A stretch of DNA of 64,000 nucleotides from Patescibacteria group bacterium (GTDB lineage Bacteria > Patescibacteriota > Minisyncoccia > Phycocordibacterales > UBA1550): the NCBI GenBank assembly GCA_038057125.1, contig JBBUDU010000001.1, positions 997 through 64,996 of the forward strand. Direction: 5' to 3'. Under the pieces are notes generated by a model, which made no database searches, was not told the DNA's origin, and worked only from the letters and a program-made list of their open reading frames with translations. This document shows positions 27,524 through 36,793 of the stretch, piece by piece (within the stretch, counting starts at the first letter, position 1; each line of letters starts with the position of its first letter). The position numbers and the translations under genes were made by a program.

Positions 27524-30500
27524 ATGGCTGATAAAGAAAAAGATACAAAAAATTTGGCGACAGAGGCAGTTCAAGAACCTCAATCGAAAAAACTTTCGGA
27601 TATTTCGATGCGCGAGGAAGAAACTCTTGCGCGCTGGCAGTCCGCGCACATTTTTGAAAAGTCGCTTGACCAAACGAAAGGAGGCGAGGAGTTTATTTTT
27701 TACGACGGTCCGCCATTTGCGACCGGTCTTCCACACTATGGGCACTTTCTTCCAAACTTGATGAAAGATGTGATTCCACGCTACCAGACGATGCGCGGAC
27801 GATATGTTCGACGTGTGTGGGGTTGGGATTGCCACGGGCTCCCAATTGAAAATTTAATTGAAAAAGAGCTCGGGCTCGGGCACAAAAAAGACATAGAGGA
27901 ATATGGTCTTGAAAAGTTTAACGAAGCCTGTCGCGAGTCAGTGTATCGCTATGATACTGAATGGAAAAAAATGATTCCGCGTATTGGGCGATGGGTAGAT
28001 ATGGAACATTCGTACAGTACGATGAATGCAAACTACACCGAGAGCGTGTGGTGGGCTTTTAAAACACTATACGAAAAAGGTCTGGTGTATCAAGGGTTCA
28101 AGTCGATGCACATTTGCCCAAGATGCGAGACGACACTTTCAAACAACGAAATCGCGCTTGGATACAAAGATATTACTGATATTTCGGTAACGATAAAATT
28201 TGAATTGGTTGATGAACCCGGTACATTTATTTTAGCTTGGACGACAACCCCATGGACATTACCCGGCAATGTCGCGCTTGCGGTAAACCATGAGGAGGAG
28301 TATGTGAAAGTTTCCGTTGGAGATGAAAAATATATTTTAGCAAATACGCGCGCGGGAATCGTGTTTGCCGGCAAAGTATATACTGTCCTCGAGCAGATTA
28401 ATGGCGCTGACCTTGTTGGTAAACCATACAAACCTATTTTTGATTATTATTCGCAAGACAATACGATTAAAAATCATAAAAACGGTTGGAAAATATATGC
28501 GGGGGATTTTGTAACGATGGATAGTGGTACCGGCGTGGTGCATATCGCGCCAGCATTCGGCGAGGACGACATGGCGCTTGGTGTCCGTGAAAATTTGCCG
28601 TTTGTGCAACATGTTGCAATGGACGGCACGATGAAAAGTGAAGTGCGTGATTTCGCAGGTGCTTCGGTAAAGCCAAAAGGAGAAAAAAATGACAGCCATC
28701 AGGTGACAGACATCTTGATTATTAAACACCTCGCGCATGCAGGAGCGCTTTTTTCAAAAGAAAAAATAATTCACGCATATCCGCACTGCTGGCGTTGCGA
28801 TACACCACTTTTAAATTACGCGGCAGAGTCATGGTTTGTAAAAGTGCCTGACTTAAAAGACAAACTCCTCGCAGAAAATGCAAAGACATCATGGGTACCA
28901 AAAAATATGCGTGATGGTCGTTTTGGTAAGTGGCTCGAAGGCGCGCGCGATTGGGCTATTTCTCGTTCGCGTTTTTGGGGCGCGCCTATTCCCGTATGGC
29001 AGTGTGAAAAATGCAATGAGCGCAAAGTTTTCGGCTCGCGAGAGGAGCTTTCTGAACACACAAAAAAATCCGGTAATAGATATATTGCAATGCGACACGG
29101 CGAGGCCGAGAGCAATGCGCGCGGTATTGTGAGCTCAAAGATTGACGGAAGCACTTCGTACGGCTTAACGGAAAAGGGACGTCTGTCAGCAGAAAAAGCA
29201 GGCCTCGAGCTTTCAGGAGACAAGATTGACATCATAATCACTTCGCCTTTTGCGCGTACCAAGCAAACTGCAGAAATTGTCGCCAAGGCCATTGGTCTTG
29301 ATGCGCAAAAGATTATTGTCGATGAGCGCGTCAAAGAAATCGATACTGGTATCTTTGACGGAAAACCAATTGCCTTATATCGCGAACACTTCGCTTCTAT
29401 AGAGGAAAAATTTACTAAGCGTCCGGAAAGTGGCGAAAACTTGCTTGATGTAAAGCGTCGTGTAATGTCACTTATATCTGAACTTGAAAACGAACATAAA
29501 GGGAAGACTATTCTGATTGTAACGCACGAATATCCGATATGGATGCTTGCTTCCGGGTCACGTGGTGCTACTGTAAATGAATCTGTCGCGATGCGCGGAG
29601 ACAAAGAAGATTTTCTCGCAACGAGCGGCGTTCTTGATATAAAGTACGCGCCATTTCCGCACAATGCGGATTTTGAATTTGATCTCCATTTGCCGTACAT
29701 AGATACGGTTGAAGTGTCGTGTAAATGCGGAGGGCATATGTCACGCGTGCCATATGTTTTTGACTGCTGGTTTGAGTCCGGCTCGATGCCGTACGCACAG
29801 TTTCATTACCCGTTTGAAAACAAAGAGCTTTTTGAAAAGAATTTTCCAGCAAACTTTATTGCCGAGGGTGTCGACCAAACGCGCGGATGGTTTTATTCTC
29901 TAATGGTTCTTTCCGTTGGACTTTTTGGCAAGGCGCCGTTTAAGAATGTTATCGTGAACGGAATGGTACTCGCGGAGGACGGACAAAAAATGTCGAAGAG
30001 CCGAAAGAATTATCCAGACCCGTGGGATATTTTGAATCAATACGGCGCTGATGCTGTGCGGTATTATTTGCTTTCATCACCAATTGTGCATGCCGAAGAC
30101 CTCGCGTTTCTTCCGCGTGGCGTTGATGAGGTGGTGAAGAAATTTATTATGCGTTTATCCAATGTACTCTCATTTTATGAGCTTTACCGCGTAGAAGAAG
30201 ACACTACAATACATACTCGCGCGCCTAATGTTCTTGACCAGTGGATACTCGCGCGCCTGAAAGAAGTTACTTGTGAAGAAACCGCGGCACTCGACGCGTA
30301 CGAGATCGACCGTGCGGTGAAGCCTCTCAGTCTTTTTGTGGACGACCTATCGACATGGTATCTTCGTCGTTCGCGCGATCGATTTAAGTCTGAAGATGCG
30401 AATGACCGTGCTACCGCTCTCGCGACCACTCGCATTGTGCTTCTTGAGTTTTCAAAACTTATCGCTCCGGTAATGCCGTTTCTCGCGGACCATATTTATT

Positions 30501-31069
30501 TGCGCGCAGGAGGAAAAAAAGAGAGCGTGCACCTTGAAAAATGGAATGAAATGTCTTCAGTAATGTGTGCGGACCATGAAGTCGCAGTCCTTGAAGGAAT
30601 GGCAGAAGCACGCCGTACCGTGTCACTTGCTCTTGAGGCGCGCGCCAAGGCGGGAATAAAAGTTCGTCAACCACTCGCGCGGCTCACGCTTAAAAATGTA
30701 GCGCTCAAAGGCAAGGACGAGTATATTGCACTCATCATAGATGAGGTGAATGTAAAAGAAATTTCGTTTGATGCTACGATTTCCCTAGACGTTATTCTCG
30801 ACACAAATATCACACCCGACTTAAAACGCGAAGGGCAGTTTCGCGATTTGGTACGAACCGTGCAAGGACTCCGAAAAGAAATGAAACTCATGCGAACGGA
30901 CGATATTGTTTTGAAGATAAAAACAACGACAATTGGGAAGGAGCTTGTGGAGACATTTGCTCTGGAATTAAAAAGAGTAGCGTTTATTCGCGAGATTCTG
31001 TTTACAGAAGTAAGCGGAGAAACCGTCGACATTGACGGAGTCACCTTTGTTTTTTTGATAGAGAAGTAG
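27524..31069 (+). CDS. ileS: Isoleucyl-tRNA synthetase (type 2) with an inserted histidine-phosphatase domain
   Basis: PPFATGLPHYGH, KMSKSRKN and the WCISR-like WAISRSRFWG. Insert of ~200 aa at nt 29072-29680 carries RHGEAESN, SPFARTKQTAE and ILIVTHEYPI. Confidence 0.9.
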   Translation: MADKEKDTKNLATEAVQEPQSKKLSDISMREEETLARWQSAHIFEKSLDQTKGGEEFIFYDGPPFATGLPHYGHFLPNLMKDVIPRYQTMRGRYVRRVWGWDCHGLPIENLIEKELGLGHKKDIEEYGLEKFNEACRESVYRYDTEWKKMIPRIGRWVDMEHSYSTMNANYTESVWWAFKTLYEKGLVYQGFKSMHICPRCETTLSNNEIALGYKDITDISVTIKFELVDEPGTFILAWTTTPWTLPGNVALAVNHEEEYVKVSVGDEKYILANTRAGIVFAGKVYTVLEQINGADLVGKPYKPIFDYYSQDNTIKNHKNGWKIYAGDFVTMDSGTGVVHIAPAFGEDDMALGVRENLPFVQHVAMDGTMKSEVRDFAGASVKPKGEKNDSHQVTDILIIKHLAHAGALFSKEKIIHAYPHCWRCDTPLLNYAAESWFVKVPDLKDKLLAENAKTSWVPKNMRDGRFGKWLEGARDWAISRSRFWGAPIPVWQCEKCNERKVFGSREELSEHTKKSGNRYIAMRHGEAESNARGIVSSKIDGSTSYGLTEKGRLSAEKAGLELSGDKIDIIITSPFARTKQTAEIVAKAIGLDAQKIIVDERVKEIDTGIFDGKPIALYREHFASIEEKFTKRPESGENLLDVKRRVMSLISELENEHKGKTILIVTHEYPIWMLASGSRGATVNESVAMRGDKEDFLATSGVLDIKYAPFPHNADFEFDLHLPYIDTVEVSCKCGGHMSRVPYVFDCWFESGSMPYAQFHYPFENKELFEKNFPANFIAEGVDQTRGWFYSLMVLSVGLFGKAPFKNVIVNGMVLAEDGQKMSKSRKNYPDPWDILNQYGADAVRYYLLSSPIVHAEDLAFLPRGVDEVVKKFIMRLSNVLSFYELYRVEEDTTIHTRAPNVLDQWILARLKEVTCEETAALDAYEIDRAVKPLSLFVDDLSTWYLRRSRDRFKSEDANDRATALATTRIVLLEFSKLIAPVMPFLADHIYLRAGGKKESVHLEKWNEMSSVMCADHEVAVLEGMAEARRTVSLALEARAKAGIKVRQPLARLTLKNVALKGKDEYIALIIDEVNVKEISFDATISLDVILDTNITPDLKREGQFRDLVRTVQGLRKEMKLMRTDDIVLKIKTTTIGKELVETFALELKRVAFIREILFTEVSGETVDIDGVTFVFLIEK

Positions 31070-31072
31070 TGT

Positions 31073-31660
31073 ATGTCACATCATATTTATCACACGCGTG
31101 GCGTCATATTGAGTAGTCGGCCTGCAGGCGAATCAAATCGTTTTTATAAAATTTTTACAGAAGAATTGGGGCTCGTGGGGGCCACGGCGCAGTCGGTGCG
31201 CGAAGGGAAGTCAAAGCTCCGCTATACTCTCCAAGATTTTTCCATCGTTACGATTGATTTTGTACGCGGAAAAGAAGTGTGGCGAATTGTTAGTGCTGGT
31301 GTATGGCGCCCGCTTGAAACCATAAAAAAGGACTCCATTCGCATAAAGCTCCTCGCGGGTTTTTATTCTCTTTTGTTGAGACTCCTTCACGGCGAAGGTC
31401 GTGACCAAGAACTTTTTGCAGAAATTATCGCTGTGGTGGATTTTCTGGAAAAACAAATAATTCCTCAAGAACTTACGCTTTCCTTTGAAACCCTTACTGC
31501 GTTTCGTGTGCTCGTGCATTTGGGTTACGCGGATGCCAAGGGTTTCGACAATTTCTTGAGCCCTGCCCCGTATTCTTTGGATCTTTTGCTCCAGTTTGAA
31601 AAGATTCGCTCAAAAGTGCTTACGCAAATCAACGATTCGCTGAGTGCTTCACACCTTTAG
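31073..31660 (+). CDS. recO: DNA repair protein RecO (short form)
   Basis: N-terminal OB-fold pattern HTRGVILSSRPAGESNRFYKIFTEELGLVGATAQSVR...LQDFS. 195 aa. Confidence 0.5.
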   Translation: MSHHIYHTRGVILSSRPAGESNRFYKIFTEELGLVGATAQSVREGKSKLRYTLQDFSIVTIDFVRGKEVWRIVSAGVWRPLETIKKDSIRIKLLAGFYSLLLRLLHGEGRDQELFAEIIAVVDFLEKQIIPQELTLSFETLTAFRVLVHLGYADAKGFDNFLSPAPYSLDLLLQFEKIRSKVLTQINDSLSASHL

Positions 31661-31678
31661 ACATGGTATAATAGCGAG

Positions 31679-33589
31679 ATGTCAGACGATGTAAAAGATA
31701 AAATTGCAGAGCTCGAAAAGGAGCTTTATTCGAAAGATTTTAAAACACATGTAGCAGAGGATATTGTGCCGCAAAAAAAAGCACCACAAGCTTCTGTGTG
31801 GGGCGATGTGGGTGTGGTAACTTCATTTTTAGATAAAAGACTAAGCTCTGAGGAAAAACATCATATAATGAAAAAATTTGTTAAAATCTCCGCAAGTTTT
31901 TTCGTTATAGCGGCAATTGTTTCAGGGTTTATTTGGTGGCGTGGCGCGAATATCATTTCGGGAGAAAATATTGCGATTGATATCGCTACACCTTTTACTG
32001 TTGCTGGTGGGGATTCGTTTGAAACAAAATTTACAATAACCAATAACAACAAAGTTCCGGTTGATATGGCAACACTTTTTGTGGAATATCCTGCCGGTTT
32101 TTACTCTGTCGGAGACAATACCGAGCTTCCACGCATCTCAAAAGACCTAGGAAGTATCGCATTAGGTCAATCTGTTACTATGAGTGTAAGTACCCTTTTG
32201 TATGGTGAGAACAACACAAATAAAGAAGTATCCCTGACACTCGAGTATCGCATGGCGGGTTCAAATGCAGTACTTAAAAAATCAAAAACGTATTTGATAA
32301 AAATCGCATCATCACCGGTTAATGTAAAATTACAGATGCTCAAAGAGGTTAGTTCTGGGCAAGAGATCAACCTTATCGTAGACATTGCTTCAAACAGCAA
32401 GGACCCAATAAGTACACTTGTTATTTCCGCAGCGTACCCTGCTGGCTTTAGTTTTCTAAGCGCCGACCCCGCACCTTCGTACTCCACGAATACATGGAGT
32501 TTTGCAGGTCTTTCTCCTCAAGAAAAACGCACCATAAAAATTCGCGGAGTTATTGAAGGACAAGAAAATGAGGAAAAGGTGACAAAGATTTCTCTTGGAA
32601 TCCCGAGCACGAAAGACGAGCGTCTTATTGGTGTTGTGTACAATGCAACCACCGAATCCAGTATCATCATGAAGTCTGTTTTGGGAATTGATCTCGTCGT
32701 AAATAACAACCGCGTACAGAACAATGTTGCATCCCTTGGTAAAGGCGTGAAGGTTGAGGTATTTTGGCAGAATAACAATCCTACCAGAGTTTCTGATGCG
32801 GTAATCGAAGTTAAATTAAAAGGGGTGATACTTGACCGGTATTCCATATATGCATCAGGCGGCGGTTTTTATCGGTCGGTGGACAACACTATTGTGTGGG
32901 ACAAAACAGGTGCCAGTGAGCTGGGGTCCCTAGATCCTGGCGCACGCGGTGCCGTAAGTTTTAGTTTTTCTCCAATTTCACTCGGTGTTGATGCATCTCG
33001 CATTGTAAAAAATCCGCAAATGATTTTTGAAGTGCGCGCAACCGCTCGGCGTATTTCAGAGGCGAGCGCTTCCGAAGACATCACGACATTTGCAACACGC
33101 AGTGTAAAGTTTGAAACAGATTTGCGTGTTCTTGCTCGCGGACTCTATTTTTCTGGACCATTCGAAAACACTGGTCCGGTTCCGCCACAGGCAGACAGAG
33201 AAACAACATACACAATATTGCTGTCAATACGCAATTCATCAAACAACGTTTCAAATGCGCTGGCAAAAACAACATTGCCTATTTATGTGAAGTGGCTCGG
33301 TAGGGTTTCTCCGGACGGCGAGGGTATTACCTATAATGAAAGTACTAGAGAGATAACATGGAATGTTGGGCGCATCCAAACTGGTGGAACACGCGACGCA
33401 GCATTTCAGATTTCATTTTTGCCAAGCGTGAGCCAGATTAACAGTGCTCCGTTCCTAATGGGAGATACATTTTTGACAGGGACTGATGATTTCACAAAGA
33501 CCGAGATAAGTGACAAAAAGGCGGCTTTGACGACTCATATTTCATCAGATCCGCAATTTAGCCCAAATGACGCAAATGTGGTAAATTAG
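31679..33589 (+). CDS. Single-pass membrane protein with a large beta-rich extracytoplasmic region, unknown function
   Basis: 636-aa ORF. Charged N-terminus, then TM FVKISASFFVIAAIVSGFIWW, then repeated Ig-like-looking segments. Confidence 0.5.
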   Translation: MSDDVKDKIAELEKELYSKDFKTHVAEDIVPQKKAPQASVWGDVGVVTSFLDKRLSSEEKHHIMKKFVKISASFFVIAAIVSGFIWWRGANIISGENIAIDIATPFTVAGGDSFETKFTITNNNKVPVDMATLFVEYPAGFYSVGDNTELPRISKDLGSIALGQSVTMSVSTLLYGENNTNKEVSLTLEYRMAGSNAVLKKSKTYLIKIASSPVNVKLQMLKEVSSGQEINLIVDIASNSKDPISTLVISAAYPAGFSFLSADPAPSYSTNTWSFAGLSPQEKRTIKIRGVIEGQENEEKVTKISLGIPSTKDERLIGVVYNATTESSIIMKSVLGIDLVVNNNRVQNNVASLGKGVKVEVFWQNNNPTRVSDAVIEVKLKGVILDRYSIYASGGGFYRSVDNTIVWDKTGASELGSLDPGARGAVSFSFSPISLGVDASRIVKNPQMIFEVRATARRISEASASEDITTFATRSVKFETDLRVLARGLYFSGPFENTGPVPPQADRETTYTILLSIRNSSNNVSNALAKTTLPIYVKWLGRVSPDGEGITYNESTREITWNVGRIQTGGTRDAAFQISFLPSVSQINSAPFLMGDTFLTGTDDFTKTEISDKKAALTTHISSDPQFSPNDANVVN

Positions 33590-33604
33590 AAAGTAACAAA
33601 AAAG

Positions 33605-34948
33605 ATGGAAAAGAAACCATACCCTAAAGACATGATGGAAAAACTTGTGTCGCTTTGTAAGCGGAGAGGCTTTATTTATCAAGGGTCCGAAATCTATGGT
33701 GGGCTCGCGGGAACGTACGACTACGGACCACTTGGTACCGCTCTAAAAAACAATATCAAGAATCTCTGGTGGAAAATGTTTGTTGATGGTCGTGACGACA
33801 TGTATGGCATGGACGCGTCTATTCTCATGAACCCGCGCGTATGGGAAACAACAGGGCATGTTGCCGGTTTTGCCGACCCGCTTGCCGAGTGCACAAAATG
33901 CAAAAAGCGTTTTCGTGCAGACCAACTCGAGGATAGAAAAAAGTGTCCCGCCTGCGGCGGAGCGCTTGGCGCGGAACGACAATTTAACATGATGCTCTCG
34001 ACGCGCGTTGGGGCGATGGAAGACTCTTCATCTATCTCGTATCTTCGACCAGAGACGGCGCAAGGAATGTTTGTGAATTTTAAAAATGTAATGGACTCGT
34101 TTCATCCAAAGATACCGTTTGGCATTGGGCAAGTCGGAAAAGCGTTTAGGAACGAAATCACACCGCGCGATTTTATTTTTCGTTTGCGCGAGCTCGAGCA
34201 GATGGAGGTGGAATACTTTGTAAAAGAAAGTGACTGGGAGCGTGCATTTGAAGAGTGGCGTGTGGCAATGGGAAACTGGATTGATGTTGTAGGTATTGAC
34301 CGCGCGCGTACGCACGAGGTGGAGATAGAAGACCGCGCGCACTATTCAAAACGCACCATTGATTTTGAGTTTGACTACCCATTCGGACAAAAAGAATTAT
34401 ACGGTCTCGCATACCGCACCGACTTTGACCTCTCTCGTCATTCCGAGGCAAGCAAAGTGGATTTGTCATATCGCGACGAGGAAGCTGGAGAAAGGTTCAT
34501 CCCGCACGTTATCGAGCCGTCGTTTGGTCTTGATCGCACGATGCTCGCAGTGCTTCTATCTGCGTACACAGAAGACACAATGGGTGCAAAAGAAGAAAGC
34601 GAACCGCGAGTATTCTTGAAATTTCACCCTCGTGTCGCTCCCATCAAAGCCGCCGTATCACCGCTTCTTAAAAACAAACCGGAACTCGTCGCAAAAGCAC
34701 GCGAGATATATGTAATGCTTAAAAAAGAAATTCCACAAATAATGTGGGACGACAACGGCAATGTCGGCAAGCGCTACAGACGACAGGATGAAATTGGCAC
34801 ACCGTTTTGTATTGTGATTGATTTTGATACTTTGGGCGAAACTCCGGAGCACAAAGATACTGTAACTGTCCGCGACCGCGACACGGGCGAGCAAGAGCGC
34901 CTAGTAATTAGTGAATTGACAAATTACTTAAAAAACGCTATAAAGTAG
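33605..34948 (+). CDS. glyQS: Glycyl-tRNA synthetase (dimeric class II, GlyQS type)
   Basis: N-terminus KRRGFIYQGSEIYGGLAGTYDYGPLG, plus class II motif regions. Confidence 0.9.
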   Translation: MEKKPYPKDMMEKLVSLCKRRGFIYQGSEIYGGLAGTYDYGPLGTALKNNIKNLWWKMFVDGRDDMYGMDASILMNPRVWETTGHVAGFADPLAECTKCKKRFRADQLEDRKKCPACGGALGAERQFNMMLSTRVGAMEDSSSISYLRPETAQGMFVNFKNVMDSFHPKIPFGIGQVGKAFRNEITPRDFIFRLRELEQMEVEYFVKESDWERAFEEWRVAMGNWIDVVGIDRARTHEVEIEDRAHYSKRTIDFEFDYPFGQKELYGLAYRTDFDLSRHSEASKVDLSYRDEEAGERFIPHVIEPSFGLDRTMLAVLLSAYTEDTMGAKEESEPRVFLKFHPRVAPIKAAVSPLLKNKPELVAKAREIYVMLKKEIPQIMWDDNGNVGKRYRRQDEIGTPFCIVIDFDTLGETPEHKDTVTVRDRDTGEQERLVISELTNYLKNAIK

Positions 34949-35004
34949 CGAGAGTTTAGTGTTTGGTTTTTCCTTCGTCCCTCAACAACTTTTGGAGATA
35001 CGCA

Positions 35005-35340
35005 ATGAAACTTGCCCTTCTTACTTTTTCACTGTGTGTGCTGTTTGTCATCGCGGCGGTAACTCAATCCGACTTGAGATTTTTTGTACCCGCCGCTTCC
35101 ATAGGTCTACTGGCGCTCTTCATGGCTTACTATGACGGTAAAGGGCAAATACTTACCGAAAAAGAGATGGGAAATGTAATTTATGCTGTCGAGTGTGACA
35201 TGATACTTGGCAAACGCGATGTCGTGATTGTCCGCACCAAGACGGGTAAACTTCGGGCATGTATTAGTCCTGAAAATGGATTTGACCTATTTGCTATAAA
35301 AGGAGACAGGGAAAGATTTCTTGTCCCGAAAAACAGATAA
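35005..35340 (+). CDS. Small membrane protein, hypothetical
   Basis: GGAG ribosome-binding site before ATG 35005. Two TM helices. Confidence 0.45.
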   Translation: MKLALLTFSLCVLFVIAAVTQSDLRFFVPAASIGLLALFMAYYDGKGQILTEKEMGNVIYAVECDMILGKRDVVIVRTKTGKLRACISPENGFDLFAIKGDRERFLVPKNR

Positions 35341-35360
35341 TTTCAATTGCTATTGTATTC

Positions 35361-35395
35361 AAAACGGCTCGAGCAATCGAGCCTTTTTTATTTTG
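35361..35395 (+). terminator. Intrinsic terminator
   Basis: GGCTCGA-GCAA-TCGAGCC followed by TTTTTTATTTT. Confidence 0.75.
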
Positions 35396-35400
35396 GTCAT

Positions 35401-35454
35401 TTTCCTCTTGTTACCTATTTGTTCCTATAGGAACAAATAGGTAACAAGAGGAAA
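35401..35454. repeat. 54-bp perfect palindrome centred on CTATAG, related to the 19.9-20.3 kb hairpin core
   Basis: TTTCCTCTTGTTACCTATTTGTTCCTA|TAGGAACAAATAGGTAACAAGAGGAAA. The inner 30 nt match the 20147-20176 core at 27 of 30 positions. Confidence 0.95.
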
Positions 35455-35500
35455 TTCATAAAATGCTGTTAGGGAAGATTTTGTGCTAGACTGCCACAAT

Positions 35501-36769
35501 ATGAAATTCAAGAAAAAAGTATTGCCAAATGGTCTTCGAATGATTGCAGTGCCAATGGCGGATAATCCCACTGTAACTGTGCTCGTGCTTGTCGAGACCG
35601 GCTCAAAGTATGAAACGAAATCAAAAAACGGCTTGTCGCATTTTCTCGAACATATGTGTTTCAAGGGCACGACCAATCGCCCCAACACGAGCGATCTCGC
35701 AAAAGAGCTCGACACACTCGGGTGCGAATATAATGCATTTACTGGACAGGAGTTTACGGGCTACTACGCAAAAGGAAAGGCCATGGATTTTTCAAAACTT
35801 CTCGATGTTGTTTCAGACCTGTACATAAACCCTCTGCTCAAAGAAGATGAAATAGAAAAAGAAAAGGGAGTGATCGTAGACGAGATAAATATGTACGACG
35901 ACATGCCGATGCAAAAGGTGCATGAAGTATGGATGAATCTTCTCTACGGTGATCAGCCAGCAGGGTGGACTATTACTGGCGAGCGCGATGTGGTGCGCGG
36001 TATGTCTCGTAAAGATTTTGTGGAATATCGCAAGACACACTATGTGGCGAGCGCAACGACCGTGATAGTTTCCGGTCCTGTGTCGACCGTAAACGCTTTC
36101 AAAGAGATCACTAAAAAATTTAAAGGAATTGCCAAGAATAAAAAGGGTGGAAAGAAAAAAACACGCGATACGCAGTCGAAGCCCAGTGTCGCGGTGCGGT
36201 TTAAAGAAACCGACCAAACACATCTTGTTCTCGGGGTTAGATCGTTTCCCATTTATGATAAACAAAGCCCGATTTTATCCGTGCTTAGCGGGGTGCTTGG
36301 GAGCGGTATGTCATCACGGCTTTTTCGTAAGATTCGGGACGAAATGGGAGTAGGGTATTATGTGAGCGCTGGAAACAGAGCGTCGACCGATAGTGGATAT
36401 TTTGCAGTGTCTGCAGGCGTTGCGAACAATCGTCTCGAAGAAGTTTTACGCGCCATTCTTGCCGAGCTTGCGAGCCTTAAAACTGACCTAGTGCCTGCAG
36501 ACGAGCTTGCAAAAGTAAAAGAGCATTTGGTGGGGATGATGTATCTCGGGTTAGAGTCCTCTGACGACCTTGCGGAATATTACGGTACACAAGAAGTGCT
36601 TCACCGTGAAATACGCACCCCAAGAGATCGTGAGCGCCTTATCCGCGCTGTGACAGCAGAGGATGTACGTAGAATCGCTCGTAAGATTTTTGTAGAGAAA
36701 AACCTAAACCTTGCGCTCATCGGTCCTACAAAGGACAGTGGGACACTTAAGTCGCTTCTTAAACTCTAG
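35501..36769 (+). CDS. M16-family (pitrilysin/insulinase-like) zinc peptidase
   Basis: HFLEHMCFKGT (HxxEH) zinc motif. Start at ATG 35501. Confidence 0.8.
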   Translation: MKFKKKVLPNGLRMIAVPMADNPTVTVLVLVETGSKYETKSKNGLSHFLEHMCFKGTTNRPNTSDLAKELDTLGCEYNAFTGQEFTGYYAKGKAMDFSKLLDVVSDLYINPLLKEDEIEKEKGVIVDEINMYDDMPMQKVHEVWMNLLYGDQPAGWTITGERDVVRGMSRKDFVEYRKTHYVASATTVIVSGPVSTVNAFKEITKKFKGIAKNKKGGKKKTRDTQSKPSVAVRFKETDQTHLVLGVRSFPIYDKQSPILSVLSGVLGSGMSSRLFRKIRDEMGVGYYVSAGNRASTDSGYFAVSAGVANNRLEEVLRAILAELASLKTDLVPADELAKVKEHLVGMMYLGLESSDDLAEYYGTQEVLHREIRTPRDRERLIRAVTAEDVRRIARKIFVEKNLNLALIGPTKDSGTLKSLLKL

Positions 36770-36793
36770 TCTTCTTTGTGTTATAATGCTCAC

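Noticed and set aside
28816-29700. Long antisense ORFs: 28816-29700, 2865-3572, 13901-14323, 20789-21397, 21416-21829, 37496-38191, 47101-47793 and 48173-48859
   Set aside because: Each lies opposite a gene with clear family motifs. Their translations are Ser/Arg/Pro-rich, low-complexity shadow frames with no recognisable motifs.
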